NCBI GenBank assembly: GCA_041937175.2
Contig: CP166615.1
Location: 3,104,001 to 3,168,000 of the forward strand
Direction: 5' to 3'
DNA length: 64,000 bases
Origin: Limnothrix sp. BL-A-16
Lineage (GTDB): Bacteria; Cyanobacteriota; Cyanobacteriia; CACIAM-69d
The notes beneath the pieces are model-generated. The model made no database searches and was not told the origin of the DNA. It saw only the letters and a program-made list of their open reading frames with translations. Below, one piece after another: positions 9,483 to 22,061 of the stretch; the stretch's first letter is position 1, and every line of letters starts with the position of its first letter. Position numbers and translations under genes: made by a program.

Positions 9483-12353
9483 CTATGGCTCCAGGATGGC
9501 CTGGGCCCGATCGGCCGCTGACTTCACCAACGCAGGCAAGCTGAGGCTGCTGTAGTTGGCAGGCATCGAAGACGGTGCGGCCGTGAACCCGTTGTTCTGC
9601 GTGGCTCCCGATTGGGTAGGGGCCGTAAAGGGCAGTTGAGGGCTGGTGGTCGATCGCCCGGTGGCCGGCTCTGGGCTGGTTGCCTCTGGGCCAATTTCAA
9701 AGGAAATCGATCGGCGCGGGTTGCTGCCCATGGGGCTAGGTGTTGCTGATGGGCTTTCCGCCCCAGCCGCGCCGGCCGCCACGGAACGGTTGCCAGACCC
9801 CAACGCTTCATCTGTAGGGGCTTCCGCATTGCGCACCAGTTCGCTCAGTTCTACGGCAGTCATCAGTTGCGCCAGCCGATCGCGTGCCGATTGGCCACTG
9901 GCTTGAATTCGCTGGCCGATCGCGCTGCCGTCAGAGGGACTGATGGGGTTCGCCTCAACTTGGGAGGGGCTTTGAGGGGCAATCGGGGCACTGGCCACGG
10001 CGGGCGAGCTGCTGGGCATCGGAGCCGCTGCGGGGCTGGGCAAGGGGGCAACCACGATCGGCGATTGCCCGTTGGCGGTTGCGGCCGATCGGGTGAAGCT
10101 CGGCAGTTGGGGTTGGGGGCGATCTCCAGTGGCCGTGAGTGGAGCCGTTGGGGCGATCGTCATTGGGAGGGCACTGGAACCAGGATTACCAAAACCGGGA
10201 TTGCTTGAGGCAGAATCACCCAAGCCAGAGTTGGGAGCCAGATTGGGAGCCGATCGAGCCGTCAACACCATGGATTGGGTCAGGGGTTGGTCAAACCGGC
10301 GGGAAATGTAGGTTAGCTCCTGCAAAATCTCCTTCGCCCGATCGCCCTTAGCCACCCGGGGTTGGTAGTTTTGCACCCGCACCGGCACAAAGTCCACCTT
10401 CATTTGGCGATCGCGCAGGGCCACCCTCAACACCGCCGTATCGTAGGTGCTGCGCGAGTGGCCACCAAAAATGAAATTACCCAAGGAATAGACAATCGCC
10501 CGATCCTTGTAAACCTCAGCGCCTTGCAGCACATGGGGATGGTGACCCACCACCAAATCCGCCCCCGCATCAATAGCCCGTCGGGCGATCGACCGCTGGT
10601 AGGGAGCGGGATAGCGTGCTAGTTCTTCGCCCCAGTGGAAATTCACCACCACCCAATCCACCTGATCGCGCACGGCTTGGATATCTGCCGCCAAGGCCTC
10701 GTTTTCGCGTGGGTTAGTGCCCGCGCTGGTTTCCGTGGCCGCGTGCCAATGGGCGTTGTAATAGCCAAAGTAGGCAATCCGTTGACCCTTCACCTCCAAA
10801 ATTTTGGGGCGACGGGCTTCGGTGATGTTTTCCCCGGCCCCGATCGCGTGGATATCGCTTTGATCCAAGGCTGCCAAGGTGTCCAACAGACCCGGCCGGT
10901 TATAGTCCATTGTGTGGTTGTTGGCCAGGGTCACCAGATCAATGCCCCCCGCTTCCAGGGCGGCCACCGATTCCGGCTCGGCGCGGAAATTGAACCGCTT
11001 GCCCGATCGCTTACGGTCAGCATCCGTAATTGGGTTTTCCAAATTCACCATCGCCACATCGACCGATCGGGACTCGGGAAACTGGGCCAAGGCCGCCGAC
11101 CAATCCCCGCCTAACCGTCGCTTCACCCGATCGCTCAGGGTCACATCCCCCCCAAACATCAACGTCACCGCTGGATCCGTGGGATTGGCGGGCGGGTGAT
11201 TCACCACTGGCAACAGTTCCAAGGCTCCCTGCACCACGGGCGGACGCACTTGCCGCACCCGATTGGCCACGGGGGCGATCGCCGGGCGTAGGGGCAAGAT
11301 TTGTTCCGTGGGGTTGCCGCTGCGAGGACTGGCCACGGGTTGCTGGGGACGCGATCGGGTGGCATCGGGCGACGAACTAGCCAACCACAGGGCCAACACG
11401 AAGGGTACGATCGTTGCCCCGCCCAACAACACCGATCGCCAAATGGGTTCCAGGGCCGGATCCGTAGCCCATTGGGTTAGCCCCGCTAGCCCTAACTCCC
11501 GCCGACCCGCCGGAGCCGCAATCCGAATCGTTTGTTGCCAGAGGGGATCTGCCTGCCCCGTGACTGTGGCCCGAATTCGCACGCCGCTGACTTGGCCTTG
11601 TTCTGAGGCGTTGAATTGCCACAGTCGTCGGCAAATGGTTTGGACAATATAGGGTTGACTCAGGGACTCTGAAGCGCTGTCTGAAGGGCTGCCTGAAGGG
11701 CTTGAGGTCGCCAGACTTTCCCCATCACTGGAGGTGACTTCGGCGGCCGTTGCTGACATTGCAGCCTCCGGTGGCAACTGCACCTCCACCACCAAGCAGC
11801 GACCATTGAGCCGATCGACCGTTAGCCCAGCCCCCAAGCTTTGCCCCACCGGTTGCAGCCATTGGGAAATAGTGCCCAGATCCATGCCAACGGGCGACTT
11901 CCAGCGATCGCGCGTGGCCGTTGCCAGCGCTGACCAACCATCTCGCGCCACCAACCAGCTATGGGCCAAGCGTTGCATCACCCGCTGCTCGGGCGATCGG
12001 GGTAATGCCTGCTGATAATAGGCCGTGGAACTCAGGCCCGGCCGCTGCTCCAACTGCACCGATTGCTGCCACAGCAATTCCGGTTGGCCCATGCGCCGGG
12101 CCATGATCCGCACCCCTTCCACCGTCGCCAAATTCAAGCTATGGAGTCGGTGGCAGATGAACCGCACCAACCGATCGCGCTCCGGTTCTTGTTGGCACTC
12201 CACCCACACATCAATCTGGCCGCTCATTTGCGCCGAAACCTTGGTGCGGATGCCATGGGGAGCCAGGTAGCGATCGAACCAACTCGCCAACGTGCCCGCA
12301 TCCCACGTCAACCCGATGCTTCCCGAACCACTAACCCCAGCCGCATAAACCAT
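9483..12353 (-). CDS. CapA/PgsA-family metallophosphatase-fold membrane protein with long N- and C-terminal extensions
   Basis: 'FGGDV', 'VNLENP', 'LANNHTMDY', 'FHWGEE', 'GHHPHV', 'YSLGNF'; one TM segment before the domain. Confidence 0.88.
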   Translation of the reverse strand: MVYAAGVSGSGSIGLTWDAGTLASWFDRYLAPHGIRTKVSAQMSGQIDVWVECQQEPERDRLVRFICHRLHSLNLATVEGVRIMARRMGQPELLWQQSVQLEQRPGLSSTAYYQQALPRSPEQRVMQRLAHSWLVARDGWSALATATRDRWKSPVGMDLGTISQWLQPVGQSLGAGLTVDRLNGRCLVVEVQLPPEAAMSATAAEVTSSDGESLATSSPSGSPSDSASESLSQPYIVQTICRRLWQFNASEQGQVSGVRIRATVTGQADPLWQQTIRIAAPAGRRELGLAGLTQWATDPALEPIWRSVLLGGATIVPFVLALWLASSSPDATRSRPQQPVASPRSGNPTEQILPLRPAIAPVANRVRQVRPPVVQGALELLPVVNHPPANPTDPAVTLMFGGDVTLSDRVKRRLGGDWSAALAQFPESRSVDVAMVNLENPITDADRKRSGKRFNFRAEPESVAALEAGGIDLVTLANNHTMDYNRPGLLDTLAALDQSDIHAIGAGENITEARRPKILEVKGQRIAYFGYYNAHWHAATETSAGTNPRENEALAADIQAVRDQVDWVVVNFHWGEELARYPAPYQRSIARRAIDAGADLVVGHHPHVLQGAEVYKDRAIVYSLGNFIFGGHSRSTYDTAVLRVALRDRQMKVDFVPVRVQNYQPRVAKGDRAKEILQELTYISRRFDQPLTQSMVLTARSAPNLAPNSGLGDSASSNPGFGNPGSSALPMTIAPTAPLTATGDRPQPQLPSFTRSAATANGQSPIVVAPLPSPAAAPMPSSSPAVASAPIAPQSPSQVEANPISPSDGSAIGQRIQASGQSARDRLAQLMTAVELSELVRNAEAPTDEALGSGNRSVAAGAAGAESPSATPSPMGSNPRRSISFEIGPEATSPEPATGRSTTSPQLPFTAPTQSGATQNNGFTAAPSSMPANYSSLSLPALVKSAADRAQAILEP

Positions 12354-12770
12354 TGTGTTCTAACTCCTCAACATCACGCGATCGGGCCCTGGGCGATCGG
12401 GGAATCGATCAACCGGGGCGATCGCTGGCGATGAACCCACTTAGTTGCCTGAACCGCTTGAATTACTTGGATTACTGGCACTGCTGAAACTGTAAGAATT
12501 GCAGGAACTGTTTGCACAGTGCTGCTATCCAGTCGTGATCTAAAAACTTACCCGCATCAAACTTGTTTGGGTAGGTTTGTTTGAGCAGTCTCTCAACCGT
12601 ATTTCAGCAGGATCGCAATCTCAATCTCAATCGGTTTTAAACGATATGTGCGCAGGTTGCATGTTTTTGGGGCCGTCCCCTGGGGCGATTGCGAGCGCCT
12701 ATAGCATCGCACCGATCGCTCCAAATCGGCTAACCCACGCCCCGGCCCCACGGCTTTGCGATCAGACAAC

Positions 12771-12892
12771 AATGGTTGATTTTCCATGCCCCAATCGTCG
12801 TAACAAGGGGCTTGAGCATCTTGTCTTCCATGGTCTGCTAACGGTGGAATCAGGGTTTCAGGCAAGGTTTCAGGCAACTTGACAACATGCCC
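12771..12892. mobile_element. Dispersed repeat / degenerate MITE (family B) with central CAAGGGGCTTGAGCATCTTG
   Basis: Colinear with 59196-59305 (ccaatcgtcgtaacaaggggctt...gtcttcca..tctgctaacggtgg.atcagggttt). Confidence 0.7.
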
Positions 12893-12903
12893 CCAGCCAA
12901 AAC

Positions 12904-14211
12904 CTAGAACAGGCTTTCTAGCCAATCCGCAATGCCCATGGCAATTCCCGGCTTGTCTAACATCCGCAGGGGCGATCGATCCCGCGTGACCAAATAGGCC
13001 ACCTGTTCCCCCCGGGGCCCCGTCTCATTCCCCCGATTGGCCACCACTGCCAAGTGACCCCGCTGGAGCCGATCGTGGGCAATTTGCATCAGGGCTTCGT
13101 GAGTCACCCCCTCTTGATATTTGAAGCTGATCAGGCCTAACTGGGGAGCCAACTCGCTCACCAGGTCAATCACCTTTTCCGTGGGTTGCAGTTGGATGGT
13201 CTTCCACTGGCCGCCGCTGGGAATTTTGCCCGGGTGAATTTGCACGGGTTGATAGTCCGCCACGGCCGCCGAGAAAATCCCAAACCGATAATCCCGCTCC
13301 TGCAACAGGGACAACACCCGATCGCGGTAGTCCTGATAGGTCGGTGTAATGGTGTGGGGGATCCAGTCCGGTGGCGTGGTGGTTCCTGCCCCATGCACTA
13401 GATGCACCTGGGAGCCTCGGAGATAAAGTTCTTTGGCAATTTCAATCCCCAATTGCCCCGTGAAGCAGTTGGTAATTCGGCGAATGGCATCCAAGGGAAC
13501 CGGCGTTGGCCCACCGGTCACGATCATCGGCACACCGCGCAGGGGCGATCGACTCAGCAGTCGGCAAACATTCACCACAATGGTTTGCAGATCGGGCAAG
13601 TTGTTCTTGCCGTAGGCGCGGCGGGGTTGAATCATCCGTACCCCAATCGATCGCAGGGCCTGCAACGAATCCGTCAGGAGGGAGTTGTGCATCGTGCCAT
13701 GCATTGTCGGAGCCACCAACACCTCCGTGCGGCCTGCCTCCATGCGCCCAATGGCCGAAGCCAGGGTCGCCGTCACTACGCCATCAGCAATCCCCAGCCG
13801 CATCTTATTAATCGTGTCGTAGGTGGCGGGAGCCACTAAGTAAGCCGCGAAGGGGTGAGCATCGCTCAGGTGTTCGGCCGCCGCCGTAAGCTTGGTGACA
13901 ACGGGGTTTGTGGTGCTCCATTCCAGGGCCTCCAACGTGACGTAGCGGCGGGCTTCCTTTGACACAAAGGCCACCACATCCGCTCCTTGGCGACGCAGGG
14001 CCCGGGCCACATCAGGCGATCGATAGGCGGCAATGCTGCCACAAACGAGGAGGGCAATGCGCCGGCCGGCCAGATGCATCCCATCCAACAGCACCTCGCG
14101 ATCCCCCATTTCAGAGGGCGGCGGAGGCGACAAATCCCAATCATCCATAGGGGGATTGATAGGCCTAGAAGAGGGGTCAAAATACCAGGAAAATGAGTCG
14201 GCAACGGTCAT
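12904..14211 (-). CDS. coaBC: Bifunctional phosphopantothenoylcysteine decarboxylase/ligase (divergent)
   Basis: 'CGSIAAY', 'VAPATY', 'VTGGPT', 'RITNCFTGQLG', 'SAAVADY'; start position uncertain. Confidence 0.85.
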   Translation of the reverse strand: MTVADSFSWYFDPSSRPINPPMDDWDLSPPPPSEMGDREVLLDGMHLAGRRIALLVCGSIAAYRSPDVARALRRQGADVVAFVSKEARRYVTLEALEWSTTNPVVTKLTAAAEHLSDAHPFAAYLVAPATYDTINKMRLGIADGVVTATLASAIGRMEAGRTEVLVAPTMHGTMHNSLLTDSLQALRSIGVRMIQPRRAYGKNNLPDLQTIVVNVCRLLSRSPLRGVPMIVTGGPTPVPLDAIRRITNCFTGQLGIEIAKELYLRGSQVHLVHGAGTTTPPDWIPHTITPTYQDYRDRVLSLLQERDYRFGIFSAAVADYQPVQIHPGKIPSGGQWKTIQLQPTEKVIDLVSELAPQLGLISFKYQEGVTHEALMQIAHDRLQRGHLAVVANRGNETGPRGEQVAYLVTRDRSPLRMLDKPGIAMGIADWLESLF

Positions 14212-14500
14212 GGAGCAATCGGGGTCAGGAAGCTACCTGGATGGCTGGAAAGGTTGCCAACGGATGATGAAAAGTCTATTGAAAAATGGCTATTGAGTGG
14301 AAAAAGTCTTCAGAAATCGAGTCAATAGGATTGAAACGACTGCAACAGTTGAATTGACAATTCAAAACGATCAAAAACGATTAAAACAGTTGAATTTAAG
14401 TTGCACTTGAGCGAAATCATCTTCAATCCAAGAAAACTTGCACGGAGTCATCTTGGATTTAAGCGGTGGGTTGGGTCGTGCTTCCGGCCAGTGGTTGGGG

Positions 14501-15097
14501 CTAGCGGCTGGCGAGACCGAACCGATCGAGCGGCCAAAACCGCCACCAGGCCCGCCCGATCGCGTTCTCGATCGGCAAAAAGCCCCACACATGGGAGTCA
14601 TTGCTATTGTTGCGGTTATCACCCATGACAAACAACATTTGTGCAGGAACGGTGACGGGCGTTAGCTCATAGGTGGGTGGTTCCAGGGTGTAAGGCTCCG
14701 TGAGGGGTTGGTCATCCACATAAACCTGGCCGTTTTTGACGGCGATGGTTTGGCCCGGAAACCCAATCACCCGCTTAATAAACGCTTGATCGCGGGGGTA
14801 GCCAAGGGCTTGCAGTTGGGGCGGCGGCGCAAAAACCACAATGTCGCCCCGTTGCAGGGGCCGAAACCAGTGGGAAATTTTTTCCACCACCAGCCGATCG
14901 CCCACGGCCAAAGTGGGGTACATCGACTCAGAGGGAATGACGCGCGGTTCTGCCACAAAGGTGCGAATCAACAGGGCCAGCACCAGGGCAATGCCGATAA
15001 TTTGCACGCTTTCCCGCCACCGCTGCCAACCGGATGGGCGATCGGGCAAGGGGCTGGGCTTGGGGCAATCGGCTGAATTTTGACTCAGTGGGGCCAT
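14501..15097 (-). CDS. lepB: Signal peptidase I
   Basis: 'IPSESMYPTL', 'FIKRVIG', 'GDNRNNSNDS'. Confidence 0.95.
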   Translation of the reverse strand: MAPLSQNSADCPKPSPLPDRPSGWQRWRESVQIIGIALVLALLIRTFVAEPRVIPSESMYPTLAVGDRLVVEKISHWFRPLQRGDIVVFAPPPQLQALGYPRDQAFIKRVIGFPGQTIAVKNGQVYVDDQPLTEPYTLEPPTYELTPVTVPAQMLFVMGDNRNNSNDSHVWGFLPIENAIGRAWWRFWPLDRFGLASR

Positions 15098-15429
15098 GAA
15101 CAACGTTCTCCAAAAGTTCTGTTGATTAACCCCCAACAGCATGGGTGGAAAAGAGGAATGGGAACAATGGGCCTATGTGGCTTTTGGGGTTCCGGACGGT
15201 GTTTCCTGCACTGGGTTAAAAATGCTGGCAAATTGAAGATCAAGGGCCAGCAATGCCCAGAAACCAGCGCAAGGGACACTGAACGCATGGTACAGGAGCA
15301 ATTCACACCTGGTGCATTCTCACCGGCAGTTTATTAATTCAACGCTGTCGATTCATCATGTTCGGGCAGCCCCCCAAGTCAAGGGACTGAACGATCTTCC
15401 CGCTACTTTTTGGATTGAGCAATTAACTT

Positions 15430-17822
<2,393 letters not shown>

Positions 17823-17937
17823 TCAAAAGCCAGTGCGATCCAGATGGCGCGATCAATGGGTAAGCCTCGCGCGTCAACCGGCATCAGCGATCTGCATCAG
17901 CGATCTGCATCAGTGATTTGATGTCAAAGCGATCGCA

Positions 17938-17952
17938 TGAGAATGATTATCA
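17938..17952. promoter_or_regulatory. Putative Zur box between divergent hemB and folE
   Basis: TGAGAAT-G-ATTATCA, one mismatch from the 7-1-7 TGATAATNATTATCA consensus; TATAAT follows at 17954-17959. Confidence 0.75.
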
Positions 17953-18158
17953 TTATAATTTCTAGAGGGAAATTCAAGCCAGTTGCTCCAAATAACTGGT
18001 CTGATGCCAACCCCAGTCATGGAGCCAACGCTGGTTTCTAGGGCTGAATGGGTTGCGCCGCCCAAACTCTGAATCTCTTCAACCTGCACGCTCACCTACC
18101 CGATCGGGCTGGGTGGGCGTTTCCCAATCCACTCCAATTCACCGCGATCTCAATCCCT

Positions 18159-18794
18159 ATGACCCTTTCGATCGAGTCACCTCGGCCCAACCTGATCACC
18201 ACGGCGGCCAAACCCCCCGTCAGCCAGGCCGAGATGGAGCAAGCTGTGCGGACGCTGTTAATTGGATTGGGGGAAGATCCCGATCGCGAAGGCCTGCGCG
18301 ACACCCCCAAGCGAGTGGTCAAAGCCTTGCAGTTTCTGACTTCGGGCTATCGACAATCCCTCGATGAACTGCTCAATGGTGCTGTTTTTCACGAAAACGC
18401 CAATGAGATGGTCTTGGTGCGCGATATTGACCTGTTTAGCTCCTGCGAACACCACATCCTGCCGATTATTGGCCGGGCCCACGTGGCCTACATTCCCGAT
18501 GGCCGAGTGATTGGCCTGTCTAAAATCGCTCGGATTTGCGAAATGTATGCCCGACGGCTCCAAGTGCAAGAGCGGTTGACGGCCCAAATTGCCGATGCGA
18601 TTCAAGGGTTGCTAATGCCCCAAGGGGTGGCCGTGGTGGTGGAAGCAACCCACATGTGCATGGTGATGCGTGGGGTGCAAAAGCCAGGATCCTGGACTGT
18701 GACCAGCGCGGTGCGTGGAGTTTTTGCGGAAGATCCGAAAACCCGCCAGGAGTTCATGGATTTGGTGATGCACCAACGAGGATTCCGCGCCTAG
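18159..18794 (+). CDS. folE: GTP cyclohydrolase I
   Basis: '[16 protein letters not shown]', 'SCEHH', 'GLSKIAR', 'RLQVQERLT', 'HMCMVMRG'. Confidence 0.97.
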   Translation: MTLSIESPRPNLITTAAKPPVSQAEMEQAVRTLLIGLGEDPDREGLRDTPKRVVKALQFLTSGYRQSLDELLNGAVFHENANEMVLVRDIDLFSSCEHHILPIIGRAHVAYIPDGRVIGLSKIARICEMYARRLQVQERLTAQIADAIQGLLMPQGVAVVVEATHMCMVMRGVQKPGSWTVTSAVRGVFAEDPKTRQEFMDLVMHQRGFRA

Positions 18795-18836
18795 ATCTCT
18801 AGGCTTTAGATTTCTAGGCCTGGGTCTCTAGGCTGA

Positions 18837-18966
18837 GAGGATGTCTGAAAAGCCAAAATTGCTACTCTGTACGCCCCAGTGATCGACTTAGACAAGATGC
18901 TCAAGCCCCTTGTCCCCCCGACTATTGGTGCTTGCCCGTGCCAAAGAATACTTTTTAAACATCCTC
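18837..18966. mobile_element. MITE (family A), 130 bp
   Basis: TIRs GAGGATGTCTGAAAAG / CTTTTTAAACATCCTC, flanked on both sides by TGA; homologous to 61721-61871 in the opposite orientation. Confidence 0.85.
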
Positions 18967-19200
18967 TGAGGTCTCTAGGCTAAAGATCTAAAAGTCTCTG
19001 GCCTGTGACGACATTTGGGGGGCTGCTGGCCCCCTGCCAGCCAATCTGGTCTTTTGAGGGGGCTGATTTCGCTGGGTTAGGCAACCCCAATCAATCGCCA
19101 CCAGCGCCGTAACCAGCAAGGAATCGATCGGAAAAGGGATAAATCCAATGAAGAATCCAAAAATCGACAATAGAGCAACAAAAATAGAGCAGTAAAAAAT

Positions 19201-19225
19201 AAAAAAGGACTGCCTAGGCAGCCCT
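19201..19225 (-). terminator. Rho-independent terminator downstream of hli
   Basis: Minus strand AGGGCTGCCTAGGCAGTCC followed by a T run. Confidence 0.6.
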
Positions 19226-19354
19226 GGATGATTCCTTAGGTGATGGATTCTTTAGAGATCGAAGGGAAACTTAATGTTGATTGACCAAAAGAAGACTTGC
19301 TGAGAACGGATTCCTTGAAAAATGAGAATCCGTGGGTCTCGGATGGCGGGTCAA

Positions 19355-19567
19355 TTACAGGTTGGTGAGCCAAGTCACAACGCCATGGCCGGTGACCAAT
19401 TCCACAGCCAGGGCAGACAGGAAGCCAATCATCGCCAGGCGACCGTTCAGTTGTTCGGCGTATTGGGTGAAGCCCACACGCTGCACGTCGTCTACATAGA
19501 CCTTGGGTTCAACAGCAAAGTTGTTCAGACGACCCAGTTCTTCCGTGGTGTAGCCGCGTTGCGTCAT
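19355..19567 (-). CDS. hli: High-light-inducible protein (HLIP/SCP)
   Basis: 'GRLNNFAVEPKVY' and the chlorophyll-binding helix 'AEQLNGRLAMIGF'. Confidence 0.93.
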   Translation of the reverse strand: MTQRGYTTEELGRLNNFAVEPKVYVDDVQRVGFTQYAEQLNGRLAMIGFLSALAVELVTGHGVVTWLTNL

Positions 19568-19589
19568 GGTGATTGCTCTTGTTTGGGGT

Positions 19590-19639
19590 GTTGTAAACAA
19601 TTGTAACTCCTTTTTAAGAAATGTAAAGAGGTTTGTAAC
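19590..19639 (-). promoter_or_regulatory. Putative HLR1 (RpaB-binding) direct repeats upstream of hli
   Basis: Minus strand GTTACAAT-TG-TTTACAAC (19590-19607) plus half-sites GTTACAAA and TTTACATT. Confidence 0.65.
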
Positions 19640-19879
19640 TTGTTTTTAACTCGGGGGCTGCCCGATCGCCCCGTGATCCCAAACACCAACGCAAAACTGC
19701 CCGATCGCCCTTGGCCACCCGTGCCACAATAGTCACTGGTTTTGCCGGATCGTGACGATTACTCTGGGGCCGTTTGTTGGCTGCATCCGTCACTGGTTGC
19801 ATTCCCCGCCACCAGCCCCAGCCCGATCGCCCGGCTAAACAACTTTTGAACGTCCTGTCTTGTAACACAGGCTTGTGCG

Positions 19880-21937
19880 ATGGAACCGCTTTACGAGTAT
19901 GCGTGGCTCGTGCCGGTCTTGCCGTTGCTTGGTGCAGCGCTGGTCGGCCTGGGTCTGATTTCTTTTAACCAATTCACCAACAAGCTGCGGCAAATTAACG
20001 CGATCGTCATCCTCACCACGATCGGTGGGGCCATGACCATGGCCTTTGCCCTGTTTTGGAGCCAACTCAACGGCCACGAAGCCTTCGCCCGCAGCATTGA
20101 ATGGGCGGCCGCCGGAGACTTCCACATCACGATGGGCTACACGATCGACCACCTGAGCGCCCTGATGTTGGTGATTGTCACCACCGTGGCGTTCTTGGTG
20201 ATGATCTACACCGACGGCTACATGGCCCATGATCCGAGCTACGTGCGGTTCTATGCCTACCTCAGCCTGTTCAGCTCCTCGATGCTGGGCCTGGTGATCA
20301 GCCCCAACCTGGTTCAGATCTATGTGTTCTGGGAACTGGTGGGGATGTGCTCCTATTTGCTGATCGGCTTTTGGTTCGAGCGCAAACCCGCTGCTGAAGC
20401 CTGCCAAAAGGCCTTCGTGACCAACCGGGTCGGCGACTTTGGCCTATTGCTGGGGCTGTTGGCGCTCTACTGGTGTACTGGCAGCTTTGATTTCACCGTG
20501 ATGGGCGATCGCCTGCAAGAGCTGGTGTCTTCCGGTTCCTTGAGCGCGGGCGTGGCTAGCCTGTTTTGCATCCTCGTATTCCTCGGCCCCGTCGCCAAGT
20601 CTGCCCAATTCCCCTTGCATGTCTGGCTGCCGGACGCAATGGAAGGCCCCACGCCGATTTCGGCCCTGATCCACGCGGCAACGATGGTGGCGGCGGGTGT
20701 GTTCCTGATTGCCCGGATGATTCCGGTGTTTGAAGGGCTGCCCGACGTGATGAACGTGATTGCCTGGACGGGCGGCTTCACGGCCCTGCTGGGCGCTTCG
20801 ATCGCCATCACCCAAAACGACATCAAAAAAGGACTCGCCTACTCCACCATGTCCCAGTTGGGCTACATGGTGATGGCCATGGGCGTTGGCGCATCCAGCG
20901 CAGGCATGTTCCACCTGATGACCCACGCCTACTTCAAGGCGATGCTGTTCCTCGGTTCCGGCTCCGTGATCCACGGGATGGAAGCGGTGGTCGGCCACAA
21001 CGCCGTGTTGGCGCAGGACATGCGCTTGATGGGCGGCTTGCGCAAATACATGCCGATTACCGCTGCCACCTTCTTGATCGGGACGCTGGCCATTTGCGGG
21101 ATTCCGCCCTTTGCCGGGTTCTGGTCGAAGGATGAAATCCTGGGTCTGACCTTTGAGGCCAACCCCGCCCTGTGGGCGATCGCCTGGGTGACGGCTGGTG
21201 TAACCGCGTTCTACATGTTCCGGATGTACTTCAACACCTTTGAAGGCGAATTCCGGGGCAACGACAAGGACATCCAATCGCAACTGCTGGCGGCGGCCGC
21301 TGTGCCCGTGCCAGTGGAAACCGTGCCCAACTTCGGCCCCGGCGCGATGGATCCCAAGGAACTGAGCCACGACCACGACGATCACCACGCCCACGAGCCG
21401 CATGAGTCGCCGACAACGATGGTGCTGCCTCTGGTGGTGTTGGCCATTCCGTCGATGCTGATTGGGTTGCTAGGTGTGCCCTGGAACAACCTGTTTGAGC
21501 ATTTCCTGGAGTCGCCCCACGCCGCCGAGCACGCGGAGCATGCCTTCAATCTCACCGAATTTTTGGTGATGGGCGGAAACTCCGTGGGTATCGCACTGAT
21601 CGGGATTACCTTGGCTTCCTTGATGTATTTCAAGAAGTCGATCGACCCCGCCGCGATCGCCCAAAAGATTCCCTTCTTCTACCAACTGTCGCTGAACAAG
21701 TGGTACTTCGATGAAATCTACGATCGGCTGTTTGTCCAAGGCAGCCGTCGCTTGGCCCGCCAGGTGATGGAAGTGGACTTCCGGATCGTCGATGGTGCGG
21801 TGAACCTAACCGGTTTTGTAACCCTGATTTCCGGCGAAGGTCTGAAGTACTTCGAGAACGGTCGCGCCCAGTTCTACGCGCTGATCGTGTTCGCGGCGGT
21901 CTTGGGCTTCGTGGTGCTGTCGGGCATCACGGGCTAG
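19880..21937 (+). CDS. ndhF: NDH-1 subunit 5 (NdhF1 type)
   Basis: 'MEPLYEYAWLVPVLP', 'KSAQFPLHVWLPDAMEGPTPISALIHAATMV', multi-TM. Confidence 0.97.
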   Translation: MEPLYEYAWLVPVLPLLGAALVGLGLISFNQFTNKLRQINAIVILTTIGGAMTMAFALFWSQLNGHEAFARSIEWAAAGDFHITMGYTIDHLSALMLVIVTTVAFLVMIYTDGYMAHDPSYVRFYAYLSLFSSSMLGLVISPNLVQIYVFWELVGMCSYLLIGFWFERKPAAEACQKAFVTNRVGDFGLLLGLLALYWCTGSFDFTVMGDRLQELVSSGSLSAGVASLFCILVFLGPVAKSAQFPLHVWLPDAMEGPTPISALIHAATMVAAGVFLIARMIPVFEGLPDVMNVIAWTGGFTALLGASIAITQNDIKKGLAYSTMSQLGYMVMAMGVGASSAGMFHLMTHAYFKAMLFLGSGSVIHGMEAVVGHNAVLAQDMRLMGGLRKYMPITAATFLIGTLAICGIPPFAGFWSKDEILGLTFEANPALWAIAWVTAGVTAFYMFRMYFNTFEGEFRGNDKDIQSQLLAAAAVPVPVETVPNFGPGAMDPKELSHDHDDHHAHEPHESPTTMVLPLVVLAIPSMLIGLLGVPWNNLFEHFLESPHAAEHAEHAFNLTEFLVMGGNSVGIALIGITLASLMYFKKSIDPAAIAQKIPFFYQLSLNKWYFDEIYDRLFVQGSRRLARQVMEVDFRIVDGAVNLTGFVTLISGEGLKYFENGRAQFYALIVFAAVLGFVVLSGITG

Positions 21938-22028
21938 TAATCTTTTGCTTTGTGGTGCTCTCGGGCATCACCCGTTAATAACTGAATTGACGGTTGAACG
22001 ACCTGTTGAATTGCCGGTCAATTCATCA

Positions 22029-22061
22029 CCCCCTGAACTGGTTCGGTTCAGGGGGTTTTTG
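22029..22061 (+). terminator. Rho-independent terminator of ndhF
   Basis: CCCCCTGAAC...GTTCAGGGGG followed by TTTTT. Confidence 0.75.
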
